A DNA stretch of 64,000 nucleotides from Wickerhamiella versatilis (GCA_030867685.1 JAQOWU010000007.1:1-64000); one strand, 5' to 3'. Shown: positions 1 to 10,906, numbered from the stretch's first letter. A program made the numbers and translations. Notes: generated from the letters alone by a model not told the origin.

Positions 1-819
1 CCGTTTCAAGTGAGGCAAACACCTTGGGGAAAGGATTCCACCCTGAATGCGTGGGGGGGGGGGACCAAGGAACCAAGGTTTCAGGCAGTAGGGGGGTTCA
101 TAAGGGGAGGGGGATATGAAGGGGCGTTCCGGTGGGACAGGAAGTAGGCATACAGGATAATGAGTAATTCCAGGGAAGCGATCATATAAAGTGAAGGGCG
201 GGGGGAGGATACCCGGGGGCGCCTCGTATTGAGGTAAAAAGTATGCGTGAAGCATGGGGGCATGAGGTGTGGGAAGAGCTCGGGGAGTGAGCGAAACGCA
301 GACGGGGACAAGGAGCGAAGGGAGTAGAGCCAGCACGGACGGCCAGCGCTGAGAAGAGACGAGGGCACACCGAGGAAGTAATACAGCAAAGACGACGGCA
401 GGCCAAAGGGGGGCAGGAAGGGCCCACGGCACGCCTAGCGGTTGGCGGCAAAGAGAGCCCCTTCACTCCCTAGGACTGGGTGACTGAGGCAGATACCCCG
501 GCCGACAGGACGGGGTGGACGATGGCAAGCAGGCGGTAGATTGGAGGGGTATGAGTCTAACGGATGAAATCGTGCCCAGCGCGCGGGATGACGGATGGGG
601 TGCGAGCTGGTATGGCAATTGAACAAGGCGGATAAGGACGATATAAAATAAATGGCACTGGGGGAGCGGATGGGCTTACTTTATGTGAGTTTAGTGGAGA
701 TTTCCGTTGATCGATTGTCTAGGTGGAGCGAAATGATATTCTGCAATGAGATGCCAAATGTGAACATGAAGTAAGGCCTTAGAACCGAGTACGGCATTAG
801 GAGCAAAGGATTCCGCTTC

Positions 820-1460
820 ACTACCTGGACGGGTGGGTCAGAAGATTGCACCTCCTGCCTGAGACTGGGTTGGCAATTGCAAGATAGCCCACTTGCGGCT
901 ACCTGAGGCTGTTGGACAGACAAAATCAGCCACTCACTTACTGAGACTGGGTACCATTGCCAACATAAGCCTCCCCAGTCCTACCTGAGACTGGTTGACA
1001 CATGCGAATAGCCCTTCACTACTACCTGGAGCGGGTTGGTAAGGCATACCCCTCCCTACCGAGCGGTGGGGGCTGCGCTTGCCAATGCCACTTCGACTAC
1101 ATGAGACGTGTGTTGACATTGCCCCGGCGCGCCGACCTGTGAGCTCTGCACACACCCGGAGGAGGGACAAGAATACGAGTCCGATCTCTGCGTCATTGTC
1201 CGACCGTCTCATATTGAAGTGGGACTATCTGGGCAAATGTGGTCCCCACCCACCAGTCTCGAGTGAAGTGGGGCTATCTTGCATTGTCCACAGTCCGGTG
1301 ATTGGTCTTTTGCTTCCAACGGTCTCAGTGAAGTGGGCTATCTGCATTGTCCACAGTCGCAGTAGTGAGTGGGCTATCTTGCATTGTCCAACCATCTCAG
1401 GTAGTGAGTGGGCTTGCATTGCACCTTTGCTTCCATCCACCAGTCGCAGGTAGGAGTGGA
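820..1460. repeat. Degraded terminal tandem array of the 41-bp unit (minus orientation ~820-1130, plus orientation ~1215-1460); putative telomere
   Basis: Repeated error-laden copies, e.g. GAGACTGGGTTGGCAATTGCAAGATAGCCCACTT (861-894), CTACCTGAGACTGGTTGACA (~980) and AGTGAAGTGGGCTATCTTGCATTGTCCA (~1262-1290, again ~1328 and ~1363). Confidence 0.75.
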
Positions 1461-1759
1461 TATCCGTTGTCCTAGGTCTACTTATCGGGTCTAACGGATC
1501 ATATGGGTCAAATTTGGCATCTCATGTTCACTATACATCTTCGATTACACACGAAAATTCGATCAAAGGAATATCACAATAAACTCACATAAGAGCCCCA
1601 TCCGTATCCACAATGGCCTATTTTTATTTTATATTACGTCTCTTATCCAGCCTTTGTTCTATTCGCATACTCAGCTCGCAACCATACGTCATAACCGCGA
1701 TGGGCCACAGATGGTTATCAGCTTCATAGACTCATATAATCCTACAATTCTACCTGCCT

Positions 1760-1899
1760 TCTTGCATTGTCCAACCAGTCTCAGGTAGTGAAGTGGGCTA
1801 TCTTGCATTGTCCAACCAGTCTCAGGTAGTGAAGTGGGCTATCTGCATTGTCCAACCAGTCTCAGGTAGTGAAGTGGGCTATCTTGCATTGTCCAACCA
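1760..1899 (+). repeat. Tandem array, ~3.4 copies of 41-bp unit TCTTGCATTGTCCAACCAGTCTCAGGTAGTGAAGTGGGCTA
   Basis: Units start at 1760, 1801, 1842 (1-bp deletion) and 1882; otherwise identical. Confidence 0.97.
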
Positions 1900-3328
1900 T
1901 ATGTGGAATGCAGAGTTGCTTGTCATTACTTCTCAGTTGATGCCCTAGTCCCTATTCTCTACCCATACTGATGAAAGTCAGCTGGATATATTCCATTTTA
2001 GCCTAATTGCTAAAGTCTGAGTTTCTGACCTATTCACAGTGCTCACTGTACCCACACATCATGACAACCAGTGATTCAAGAATACTTTTTTTTAAATCAT
2101 ATATGGGCCCCGCGGGTATCCTCCATCCGACATTGCATAATTTTTATTATTTATGCATAGTATCCTCCATCTGACATTACATAATTATCATGTATGCATA
2201 ATTCATGCAAACGGAACCTGCCCCTTAAACCTTACCCTTTATGAATACCCCCTAAGACTAGCAACATTGGTTCCTTTGGTCAAAAAGAATTCATGTTGGT
2301 GGACATAATTTTTCAAAAAGGGGTTTGCTACAATTCTGAACGGTTTAAAGTAGGTTCTATTCGGCCGACATTCCCCGCATCACTAATCAACACAAGGTGT
2401 GGGGCATGCCCATCATTTCGTTTACGACTATACGATCTATCTCCGACGTTATGGTCTAGGTTGACCCATGTCACTTAGCATAAATTAGTAGCATATACTC
2501 CTAATTTAGCACAGAGTACTGGCTCACTAGATGTAATAGAACCGGAAATTCTGGATGCTAAAAAGAGAAAACTATGTTCCAGGTGCCACGAATGATGAGT
2601 GCAAGAGAGCCTATAGATTAATAGGCCAACCTGCAGCATATTCCTCAAGTTAGACGTCACTTCACGGTGCCTGATTGGCTGACCACTTAGAACCCTAACT
2701 CCACACATAAGGTATTTACCAATATGAACAGCCAGAATAAGCAGTTAGTCACATGAAGAACCTGGTTGTCGACCCTTTGGCGATCGGATGTTCTTGATCG
2801 TTGCGAATGAAAAGCAATCACATAATAATCGTTTCAATCAGAACTGTCATATCTATTAGATAGGATCTAGCCCTCAATAACTCCAATATAGACCTGTTCC
2901 ACTTTGTGACAAGCCCCATCGGAAAAGAAAAATTGATTCAGCATGGGTAGGGGCTCAAAGCCTCTACGTGTCTACGTACGTGCCCCACCTTTTCTTTCGG
3001 GTAATATCTCTGAGAATATATATCGCGGCATCCTCTTCTGTGAAAATCCGGCCTGGAATATCCAACAAGAAGTATTCTTGTATTTAGGAGGGCACTGTGC
3101 TTGCTCCGCGGTGTGGTATGATTTACCCTATAAATAATTATTAAGAATAAAGTACATATGCCAACAGCGCCTCGATATCCTTGTAAAAGTCTAGGTACCA
3201 AAATGTTAATGGAATAATTAAGGAAATATGCAGCTTTGTTTTACCCACAAACTTCCAGTTGTAAAATATTTATGAGAAAAATAGCTCGGCTGGGATTGTG
3301 CATCTCTTTCCGACAGTTAAATATTTCG

Positions 3329-3353
3329 TACCTGAGACTGGTTGGACAATGCA
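3329..3353 (-). repeat. Dispersed 41-bp repeat fragment
   Basis: TACCTGAGACTGGTTGGACAATGCA, exact reverse complement of part of the unit. Confidence 0.93.
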
Positions 3354-3489
3354 TGTAGAGATTTCATGCAATGCATTATTACAAAACATCGGCCACAGCA
3401 ATCTGCAGGACCCCACTGGAATGCGCATCCTAGCCGCATCACATTAAATTCAGACGGTTACCCATCGGTGGGCTACTATTTTGGTAAGA

Positions 3490-5586
3490 ATGAAGGCCTT
3501 CCTAACGCTACAAGCTGTAATTCAGTTAGTAGCATGCCAAGATGCGTCTAGCAGCTCGTACTCGCTAGCGTCGTCGACCATTCAATTCACGAGTCCAACT
3601 AGCTCTGATGTAGTTGCTCCTACTGCTACCTCAAGTTGTCAGTGTGAAAATGAAGGGATTTTTGGCGAAATCATTGATAGCCTGGAGAAAGCGGTAGATG
3701 CTGCGGTTAACGCTTTTAAGTCAGGCATTAATGTGTTCGACCTTCCCGACCACATCAACTCACTTCAATCAGTATTCAATGACCTTGCCGAAATATCCGG
3801 TAACATTGACTGCATCAGTTATAACAGTCAGGCCAAATTCTTGAATGCTATTTCCCAGTTACTGGAAATTGACCATCAACTCTTAGAGGGTCTTAATAGC
3901 TTGGGAGTTGTTCAGGTGATCACTCCACTTTTACCAGGTCTGAATATAATAACCGAAGGAATATCGAGTACCATTATTCAGGTTGGCGGTGGACTCTCGC
4001 GTCATCCCTGCTGTGTGTTGTGGGAGGAGGTAAACGCATCTTCAGATTATATCAACGATGTCAACAAGATTATTGACGGGATCAACGAGATACTGCCGCT
4101 TGCTAAGTTGAAGCACATCTCTGGGTTCCATCTTACGGTATCATCAGGTGACTGCTCTACATCCTCCACTTCCTATATCGGCGCTGGGTCGAGTGCAGGC
4201 CTCTCAACTTTTTCGCAAGTGAGCTCTGGATTTACCAGCATAAAGTCCAATAGTCCACCTACTCCTTCGACGGTTGCATCAGTCCATTCTTCAGAAAGCA
4301 TGACCCTGCCACTTTCGTCTTTGAAGCCACGACCCTCTGCATCCATCAGCAGCAGTATGCAGTCAACTGATGTAGGAGTTTCCACCGCGGACACCTCGAG
4401 TACAGGCTCTGTCAATCACGGTGAGGGGGATGCAACCAAAAGCTTGACTACTGCTGGTACATCTACAACACATTCTTCTGGCAAATTTGGGTCTAGTAAA
4501 GACTCAATTGCCAATAGTGGATCTGTGACTATGAGTTCCTCTAGGAGTAGTGGATCATCTTCTGGATCTGGTACTGGGTCTGGATCGTTGATACCGGGAC
4601 CTTCTACCATTACTACTTCGCGACAAGCCCCAGGCTGGACCTCCAAAGTAAGTCCGTCACTCGCTTCGACCAATACAGTAAATTCAGCATCAGTCAGTTC
4701 TAATCTTGCCACCGATGGGGGGTCGAGTGCTACGGGTGCTTCTACTACTGGTACAGAATCAGGTGCTACGGGAACAATTCCCACTAGTTCAGGTGCGATT
4801 ATTACCGGATCAAGTGGTAGAGGTACTAGTACTCCCGTTAAAGAATCGGGTGTCGCTAGTTCTGGTGCAATTAATACTGATTCAAGTGTATCTGGTGCTA
4901 GCGCTACGGGTACTGGTGCTACAGGTACTGGTAAAGGTGCTAACTCTACCGTAACGGCAGGCACGACCTACTTTACGACATACTGTCCATCGCCAACTAC
5001 CTTCACCTATGGTTCTTCCACTTACACTGTGACAAAAGAAACTACGATGTCTATAGAGGAGTGCGATTGTACCGAGAGTAAGAGTGAGGAAAATAATTCA
5101 GTGATTTTGGGCTCTACAAAGACAGCAGAAGCTACTGTCTTCACCACTTACTGTCCTTCACCCACTACTTTCACCCACGGCTCATCTACGTACACTGTTT
5201 CTGGACCCACATCTTTAACAATTGGACAAAGTACATCCGTAACTCCGACTGCTGCTCCGACTGCTGCTCCGACTGCTGCAACCAGTGTACCAACCGCCAA
5301 AACCAACTCTGCTCCACATGCTGCTGCTTCTGCAAGGCCCTCTGAATCTAATGAATCCGTGCTTCCTGATGTTTCAAGTGTAACTACTGCGGCACCGTCT
5401 CAAACTTACAGTGAGTCTAGTCCTATTGCTGCTTCAAGTAGTGCACCTGCCGCAGTCTCTGAATCTCCTAGTTCTGTTGGCACTGCAACAAGTGCCAGTG
5501 CACCAGCTATTGCAAATACTGCAGAGAAGACGAGTCCGCACAGTGCACTTCTGCTAGGTGTGGCTGCTGGGATTCTGCTACTTTAG
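3490..5586 (+). CDS. GPI-anchored Ser/Thr-rich cell wall protein with Sed1/Spi1-like Cys repeats
   Basis: First ATG at 3490 (MKAFLTLQAVIQLVAC signal peptide); Ser/Thr-rich stalk; two TTYCPSPTTFT.GSSTYTV motifs; hydrophobic C-terminal GPI signal. Confidence 0.88.
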   Translation: MKAFLTLQAVIQLVACQDASSSSYSLASSTIQFTSPTSSDVVAPTATSSCQCENEGIFGEIIDSLEKAVDAAVNAFKSGINVFDLPDHINSLQSVFNDLAEISGNIDCISYNSQAKFLNAISQLLEIDHQLLEGLNSLGVVQVITPLLPGLNIITEGISSTIIQVGGGLSRHPCCVLWEEVNASSDYINDVNKIIDGINEILPLAKLKHISGFHLTVSSGDCSTSSTSYIGAGSSAGLSTFSQVSSGFTSIKSNSPPTPSTVASVHSSESMTLPLSSLKPRPSASISSSMQSTDVGVSTADTSSTGSVNHGEGDATKSLTTAGTSTTHSSGKFGSSKDSIANSGSVTMSSSRSSGSSSGSGTGSGSLIPGPSTITTSRQAPGWTSKVSPSLASTNTVNSASVSSNLATDGGSSATGASTTGTESGATGTIPTSSGAIITGSSGRGTSTPVKESGVASSGAINTDSSVSGASATGTGATGTGKGANSTVTAGTTYFTTYCPSPTTFTYGSSTYTVTKETTMSIEECDCTESKSEENNSVILGSTKTAEATVFTTYCPSPTTFTHGSSTYTVSGPTSLTIGQSTSVTPTAAPTAAPTAATSVPTAKTNSAPHAAASARPSESNESVLPDVSSVTTAAPSQTYSESSPIAASSSAPAAVSESPSSVGTATSASAPAIANTAEKTSPHSALLLGVAAGILLL

Positions 5587-5689
5587 ATTTTTTTTTGTCA
5601 CATGTTTTAATTTTGCTAGCCTCATACCTAAGAAATTTGATATCCTTGGTTTAATAAATTACTTTTTTTTGTTGCTTCTTGGAACACAG

Positions 5690-5864
5690 TCAGGTAGTGG
5701 AGTGGGCTATCTTGCATTGTTATGCTCTACGATGGGGGCTCTATAACACTTCCAATTAACAAAAGGGGGGTGGTATCATATATAACCAACAGTGCAATAA
5801 AAATATTTTTATTATTACAAGCCTTAGGCAGTAAAGCGGGTTATCTTGCATTGTCCAACCAGTC
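5690..5864 (+). repeat. Two dispersed 41-bp repeat fragments (5690-5720; 5826-5864)
   Basis: TCAGGTAGTGGAGTGGGCTATCTTGCATTGT and AGGCAGTAAAGCGGGTTATCTTGCATTGTCCAACCAGTCT. Confidence 0.92.
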
Positions 5865-6115
5865 TTATAGTCTTCTCTCAGTAGCAGTCGCCTATGCGGA
5901 GCATATCGATTCAGGGCATCTCAATGCGAGCTGTTCCTCTGTACTTGTTACAAGGATAGTAATAGCTATCAATGCATATTATTTGTCCACATCCGGGAGA
6001 GCGGGCTATCTGTCCGCTAGCTCCGTGAAGTAAATATGATATATATATCTGGGCTGTGAGCACAGTAGATACCACAAGATTTGATCAAGATACCATGATT
6101 CCTTTCAGTGACATT

Positions 6116-7231
6116 CTATTGCAAATATGGATAGTCAATATATCCTTTAGCGCCGCCAGTGTAAAAGGTAGCTTTGTCAGGAGCATTTCGTTTCGGCCGC
6201 TTTTCACGAAATCGCCGCACAAGATCCGGATTAGCCAGGAGCGGTACTCCAATAGCAACAGCATCTACCGCACCACTGTCAACTATTGCCTCTGATTCCT
6301 CCTGCTCGAATCCTCCATTGCTAATCACAGCGCCATGCGTGAAGTGCTCTTTCACTACAGAAGTAATGTCACGCTTGTCCGTTGCATCTATAATATCACG
6401 GCGCTCCACATGAACATATGCGATCTTACGCTCATTTAACTGCTGGCAAATATAAGCAGTATCCGCTATGGGAGACTCATAATTTGCATTGTTGTAAGTA
6501 ACTAATGGTGATATGCGGATACCAGTGCGATCTGCGCCCACCTCAGCTATGACTGCGTCAACCACATCTAGCAGGAACCGTGCTCGTGTCTTGATTGTTG
6601 CGCCGCTATAGTAGCCCGAGGCACGCTTGTTGGCCTGAGGCACCAAAAATTGATTGATCAAGTAGCCGTTCGCACCATGGATCTCAACACCATCAAACCC
6701 AGCGGTCTTGACAGCCCGAGACGCGCCACTTGCGAACATTCTCAAGACATCTCTTGCTTCCTCGTCTGACAATACGCGAGGAACCTCTATCTGCTCCCAC
6801 TTCCCTGTGTCGCGGTTGTGGTAGCGCCATGTCGTTGAAACTGCACTAGGTCCTATAGGGATTTGTCCATCATTAATCGATGCTGGTGCAGTTCGTCCTG
6901 TATGCATCAGTTGGTTGAAAATTTTCCCGCCTGCCTCGTGAATGCTGTTAGTTACTTTGTACCAGCCACGAGCTTGGTTGTCGTTGTAGATACCAGGTTC
7001 TCCATATAACACACTAGTATCCGGTGCTACCAAAGTAGCCTCCGTGATGATCAGACCCACGGTTGCTCGCTGAGTGTAGTACTGTACCATCATATCGGTG
7101 GGAACCTGCGTTGAAGGGTCGTCACTCCTAGCACGTGCCATCGGAGCCATTACAATTCGATTTGCAATGAAGGTGCATCCTAGTTGCAGTGGTGTGTAGA
7201 GCTTGCTTGAATTTGATGCTTGGAATGACAT
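6116..7231 (-). CDS. Old yellow enzyme / NemA-like NADH:flavin oxidoreductase
   Basis: NRIVMAPMARAR, GLIITEAT, AGFDGVEIHGANGYLINQFL and TFYTGGAKGYIDYP motifs; first ATG at 7231 (ORF-track start 7261 is GTG). Confidence 0.93.
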   Translation of the reverse strand: MSFQASNSSKLYTPLQLGCTFIANRIVMAPMARARSDDPSTQVPTDMMVQYYTQRATVGLIITEATLVAPDTSVLYGEPGIYNDNQARGWYKVTNSIHEAGGKIFNQLMHTGRTAPASINDGQIPIGPSAVSTTWRYHNRDTGKWEQIEVPRVLSDEEARDVLRMFASGASRAVKTAGFDGVEIHGANGYLINQFLVPQANKRASGYYSGATIKTRARFLLDVVDAVIAEVGADRTGIRISPLVTYNNANYESPIADTAYICQQLNERKIAYVHVERRDIIDATDKRDITSVVKEHFTHGAVISNGGFEQEESEAIVDSGAVDAVAIGVPLLANPDLVRRFREKRPKRNAPDKATFYTGGAKGYIDYPYLQ

Positions 7232-7551
7232 TGTGTGTTGCTCCAGATAATGGTTCACCACTCAGTAAGCACAAATACAATGTTAGTCGTGTGATGCTTC
7301 ATCTGATTACGTAATATATTAAGCTCCCAAATGATTTCATGAAAGCCTCCTTGTACGCTTCAAATGATTTTGCACCGAGCTAATTGAATCAGCGTTGTCA
7401 CATAGAGATCTTTACAACTACTAGACTATTATATATTAAACGATATATTCGAGTAATATGGATGTAGGGCATAGTTATACCTCGAAATGGCCTCTAGGTT
7501 CCAATTACTTATGTAGCTTAATTAGCCTATATTCCATCATTGTCTGGTTGG

Positions 7552-7578
7552 AGTGGGCTTTCTTGCATTATCCAACCA
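7552..7578 (+). repeat. Dispersed 41-bp repeat fragment
   Basis: AGTGGGCTTTCTTGCATTATCCAACCA. Confidence 0.88.
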
Positions 7579-7623
7579 TGGATCAGATGTCAGCTCCTTT
7601 AACTATATATTGTCTAAGAAAAA

Positions 7624-9006
7624 CTACTTCACAATAGTAGTGTTTGGGAGATGAATCGTCCCAAATGGTGTTTTTGTACCATTGAGTGCCTTTATTTTTT
7701 CTACAGTATCTTTCCCAATCGCATCATATACCCTGGGATCTTGCAGGGTCAATATATCTGTTGCGGCAGTTCCACATTTTACTTTCGGCGTCTCCTTGTG
7801 AAAGAGTTGCTGCAGGAACAGCATACTAGGAATAATACCTTGAATATCAGTCAGGATATGTTCTCCGATTGGATAGACTTGGAATTGGATGTCAGCTCCG
7901 TCCTCGCACCTTTCTCCAACATATTGTCTTACTGGCTCGTAAGGTATAACCTCATCATTTTCTCCATGATAAATCATTCGCGGGAACTTTGGAGTGCTCA
8001 CACCAATGCTGCTCACATTATTTAAGAGACTTTCTTTTCCAAATACTTCCTGTGTTGATGGCACGTCAAGAAGACTATCATAAGGCGATCCCGATATCAC
8101 TTTATCGGTAAAACTTTGAGAGCCATAAGTAAACAATAAGTCATATGCACACTTATCTGGATTCTTGGCAAATTTTACAGCATCCTTTAAAAATTGATTA
8201 CCGTATTTTTGGATCACTGAATTGTTAAAATCTGGGTAAATAGACGCAACTCCAGCCATTCCTCCCACAGCAAAACCTGAAAAAATCGTATTTTGCAAAT
8301 GATTTATAGTTGTTTCCAAGTCCACAGGTGTGCCGCCGTGTACAGCCCCTATTATATTAAGGTCCGGTGCATACGACTCCGCAAGCTGCGACATCCAAAC
8401 TGTTGAGTGACCAGCACCGCTATAGCCGTAAAGTGCGACTTCAGTATCTGAAGGTAGTCCCAATTGGTCCAATCCAGCCCTAATCCCATCCAGACCCGCT
8501 TTCCCTTCCTCATGGCCCACGACGAATCCCGAGTTGGGTCCTTCAATGTCGGATATCACGACATACCAGCCCTGAGCCAAGGCCCATGCTACAAAAATTG
8601 GTACATCCCAAATAACATCGACGTTATTTGAAGAGAATAGACCTTTCACTAGACCATAGCTCGGCGCACAATCAAGGTTGGCCGCATTTTCAAACATTTG
8701 AAACGATAATACCTTCTGTGGATACGAAGTGACTGCACTTGAAAGGGGCTTGAATGTCGTTACTACTGAAAAAGATGGGTCGTTTAACGTGCTATTGGTC
8801 CTGTACATCGATTGAGTAGCCCCACCACTTTCTATGAGTTGTGGATTCACATATACATCGCGTGAACGTATTATTTCTCCCAGTCCGTAGCTCGTTAGGT
8901 TACCTGGATCAGAGTAAAATGGGTCTTCCAAAGGGGTTTGTGAAACATATACGGGGGACCCCAGGACACCTAGAAGAAGGCATATAGTAGCTGCTAGAGT
9001 CCACAT
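7624..9006 (-). CDS. Secreted lipase, LIP/CalA (lipase A)-like family
   Basis: Signal peptide; LDCAPSY, LDGIRA, GYSGAG nucleophile, HGGTPVD, PKFPR..YHGENDEVIP and YPIGEH. Confidence 0.93.
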   Translation of the reverse strand: MWTLAATICLLLGVLGSPVYVSQTPLEDPFYSDPGNLTSYGLGEIIRSRDVYVNPQLIESGGATQSMYRTNSTLNDPSFSVVTTFKPLSSAVTSYPQKVLSFQMFENAANLDCAPSYGLVKGLFSSNNVDVIWDVPIFVAWALAQGWYVVISDIEGPNSGFVVGHEEGKAGLDGIRAGLDQLGLPSDTEVALYGYSGAGHSTVWMSQLAESYAPDLNIIGAVHGGTPVDLETTINHLQNTIFSGFAVGGMAGVASIYPDFNNSVIQKYGNQFLKDAVKFAKNPDKCAYDLLFTYGSQSFTDKVISGSPYDSLLDVPSTQEVFGKESLLNNVSSIGVSTPKFPRMIYHGENDEVIPYEPVRQYVGERCEDGADIQFQVYPIGEHILTDIQGIIPSMLFLQQLFHKETPKVKCGTAATDILTLQDPRVYDAIGKDTVEKIKALNGTKTPFGTIHLPNTTIVK

Positions 9007-9232
9007 TATCTTGGGTGGTAAGTTTCGCCGGATTAGGGAATTAAAACTATTGGCCGGTGGGTATGGTTAGGGTAGGGTTAGGGTTTTACATCCGGATCTC
9101 ACTAAGAGATGAAGTATTCGCGGATTCACCTCCGATTAACAATATCTGAATAGTATAGCTCAAATTTTTAGGAATTAAATTTCTTATAAAGTGGTAGTTA
9201 ATATCTAACTTGGCTTCTCACGAAAATACGCA

Positions 9233-9257
9233 AGTTAGTTAGTTAGTTAGTTAGTTA
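9233..9257 (+). repeat. (AGTT)6 microsatellite
   Basis: AGTTAGTTAGTTAGTTAGTTAGTTA. Confidence 0.9.
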
Positions 9258-9671
9258 TGCTTGCATAATCATCTCGTCAACGTCGATAACTCCCGATGCC
9301 TTTCGTGATGATCTACATCGCCCTCAGCCCGCTATAGTAAAGTGGACTTATTTGGCCAAGCTTCTTATTTTTGGATATCTGTGGTACATTTGAGGCACCT
9401 CGATATCTTCATGAATACACCTGGACTGCCTGTTGTGCATTTACTATGACATTCTGTTGTGTTATATATATGCAAAAGTTCACCTACCAAATGTTATTGT
9501 TCTATACAATTCTGGGCTCGAGCAAATTAGTGATAAGTTACCGGATAAATAAAAAAAATTAGATCCGCATTGAAAGGTGCGGTAAATCATGTTTTCAAAT
9601 GCATTTTGATAAAGATGTTTTGTCTACAGTCTAGAGCAGCAATTAATATCTAACATACCGCTGAAGGTGAT

Positions 9672-10727
9672 TTAGCTATCCGTCCTCCACTTGCTCACCG
9701 AACCATCGCCACTGAGGTAGAAAAAGCTTGAATCATCGATTGCCGTTAGCCCGTTCCATGGTGATGAGGCACCTGCAGCAGTCACCATTGTGCCTTCATC
9801 CCAAGAGTTACCATCTGTAGGCCTATGAATTAGGCGTCCTTCAAGATTACTATAATCGAAATTACCTTGGTCTCGGTTGCAGAAGAAGCTTACTATAAAG
9901 TTACTTCCCACTTTGACTATCTGAGGGGCACCCACTTTGTAACCATCTGCTGGGTCGAGTACATGTTGACGAGTTCCCCATGTTTGTCCTCCATCTGTTG
10001 ACTCAACAGACCCTATATAAGTGTCATCCCCATTTAGAGATTCAAAAACAGCTATTAGGTGCTGGTTATCATCATACTGAGCAACTCCAATCATACCATC
10101 CCGGCGGTTTCCTTCGCCGTCACGCTCGGGATCGCAGACAGTTATGGGATCAGACCAAGTCTTTCCATTGTCACTGGATGTCCTCATGTAATTCTTCTGT
10201 AGATTATTATTGAGTTCATGGGAATAAAAGAGCTGGATAGTCTTACCATCTGGTGCAGTCCTCAGGAAAGGCTCCCAGTTACCATTTTGAACCCCGTTAT
10301 TCTTGTTCACAACAGGATCAGCCAGCCATGACCATTGTCTACCGTTGTACTGGCTAATCGTGATCCTCCACACCTTGTTTGGGTCCCCGTCCTGGCCATG
10401 ATTGCGGTAGGCGACTATGTACGTGCCGTCAGGGCGTTCGTAGGGAAACCCATTGGAAATATCCTGTGTTTTTGCGTCACCAGACACAACTCTTCCCGAA
10501 GGTGTCCAGGAGCTTCCATCCGAAGAATGAAACGCTTGTATGTTTGTGCTTCCAAGAGTACCTAGGAACGTGCTGTCGTCAAGCTTCGTTACTCGAGGGT
10601 AATCACCATTGCCAATACGGCCATTAAAGGATGAGTCCTGAGCCAAATCTCGACGTTGAAGAGTAATAGGATGACTGGTGGTCGAATCAAGGACCGGAAT
10701 AAGTGATATCAGGTTTATCAATTTCAT
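9672..10727 (-). CDS. Secreted BNR/Asp-box beta-propeller glycoside hydrolase (GH93 exo-arabinanase-like)
   Basis: Signal peptide; YPR, SSDGSSWT, WEPFL, FYSHE, SSDNGKTWS, RDGM, AVFES, STDGGQTW and GAPQI motifs typical of fungal GH93/BNR proteins. Confidence 0.82.
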   Translation of the reverse strand: MKLINLISLIPVLDSTTSHPITLQRRDLAQDSSFNGRIGNGDYPRVTKLDDSTFLGTLGSTNIQAFHSSDGSSWTPSGRVVSGDAKTQDISNGFPYERPDGTYIVAYRNHGQDGDPNKVWRITISQYNGRQWSWLADPVVNKNNGVQNGNWEPFLRTAPDGKTIQLFYSHELNNNLQKNYMRTSSDNGKTWSDPITVCDPERDGEGNRRDGMIGVAQYDDNQHLIAVFESLNGDDTYIGSVESTDGGQTWGTRQHVLDPADGYKVGAPQIVKVGSNFIVSFFCNRDQGNFDYSNLEGRLIHRPTDGNSWDEGTMVTAAGASSPWNGLTAIDDSSFFYLSGDGSVSKWRTDS

Positions 10728-10906
10728 TGACGGATCTGAGTAGCAAAAAAAAGCTTATATGTGTATCTACATAAATAAAAAGTGAACTAATCATATGTAT
10801 GTGGAGTAGGGTCTCCTATAAACTGCATAATAGTAATGCCACAAGCTATAAAGAAAAGATCCAGCTGTTTCGAAAAAATTAAATTAGACTAAGTATTGCA
10901 TGTAGA

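Larger units (their letters stand above)
1..2343. repeat. Long imperfect inverted repeat (fold-back) centred near 1135; left arm error-rich
   Basis: 1-130 matches the reverse complement of ~2205-2343 (GACCAAGGAACCAA vs TTGGTTCCTTTGGTC). ~667-693 CGGATGGGCTTACTTTATGTGAGTTTA mirrors ~1580-1605 TAAACTCACATAAGAGCCCCATCCG. ~746-759 ATGAGATGCCAAAT mirrors ~1512-1525 ATTTGGCATCTCAT. Confidence 0.85.

Noticed and set aside
81-1453. Short ORFs at the window start
   Set aside because: They lie in error-rich fold-back and repeat sequence and have no recognisable motifs.
1760-1899. CRISPR array
   Set aside because: Units are directly adjacent with no unique spacers, there are no cas genes, and the context is eukaryotic.
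2116-2186. 27-bp imperfect direct repeat GTATCCTCCATC.GACATT.CATAATT
   Set aside because: Real, but only two local copies with no evident function.
4173-4964. Minus-strand ORFs within the cell wall gene
   Set aside because: Antisense shadows of Ser/Thr-rich coding sequence.
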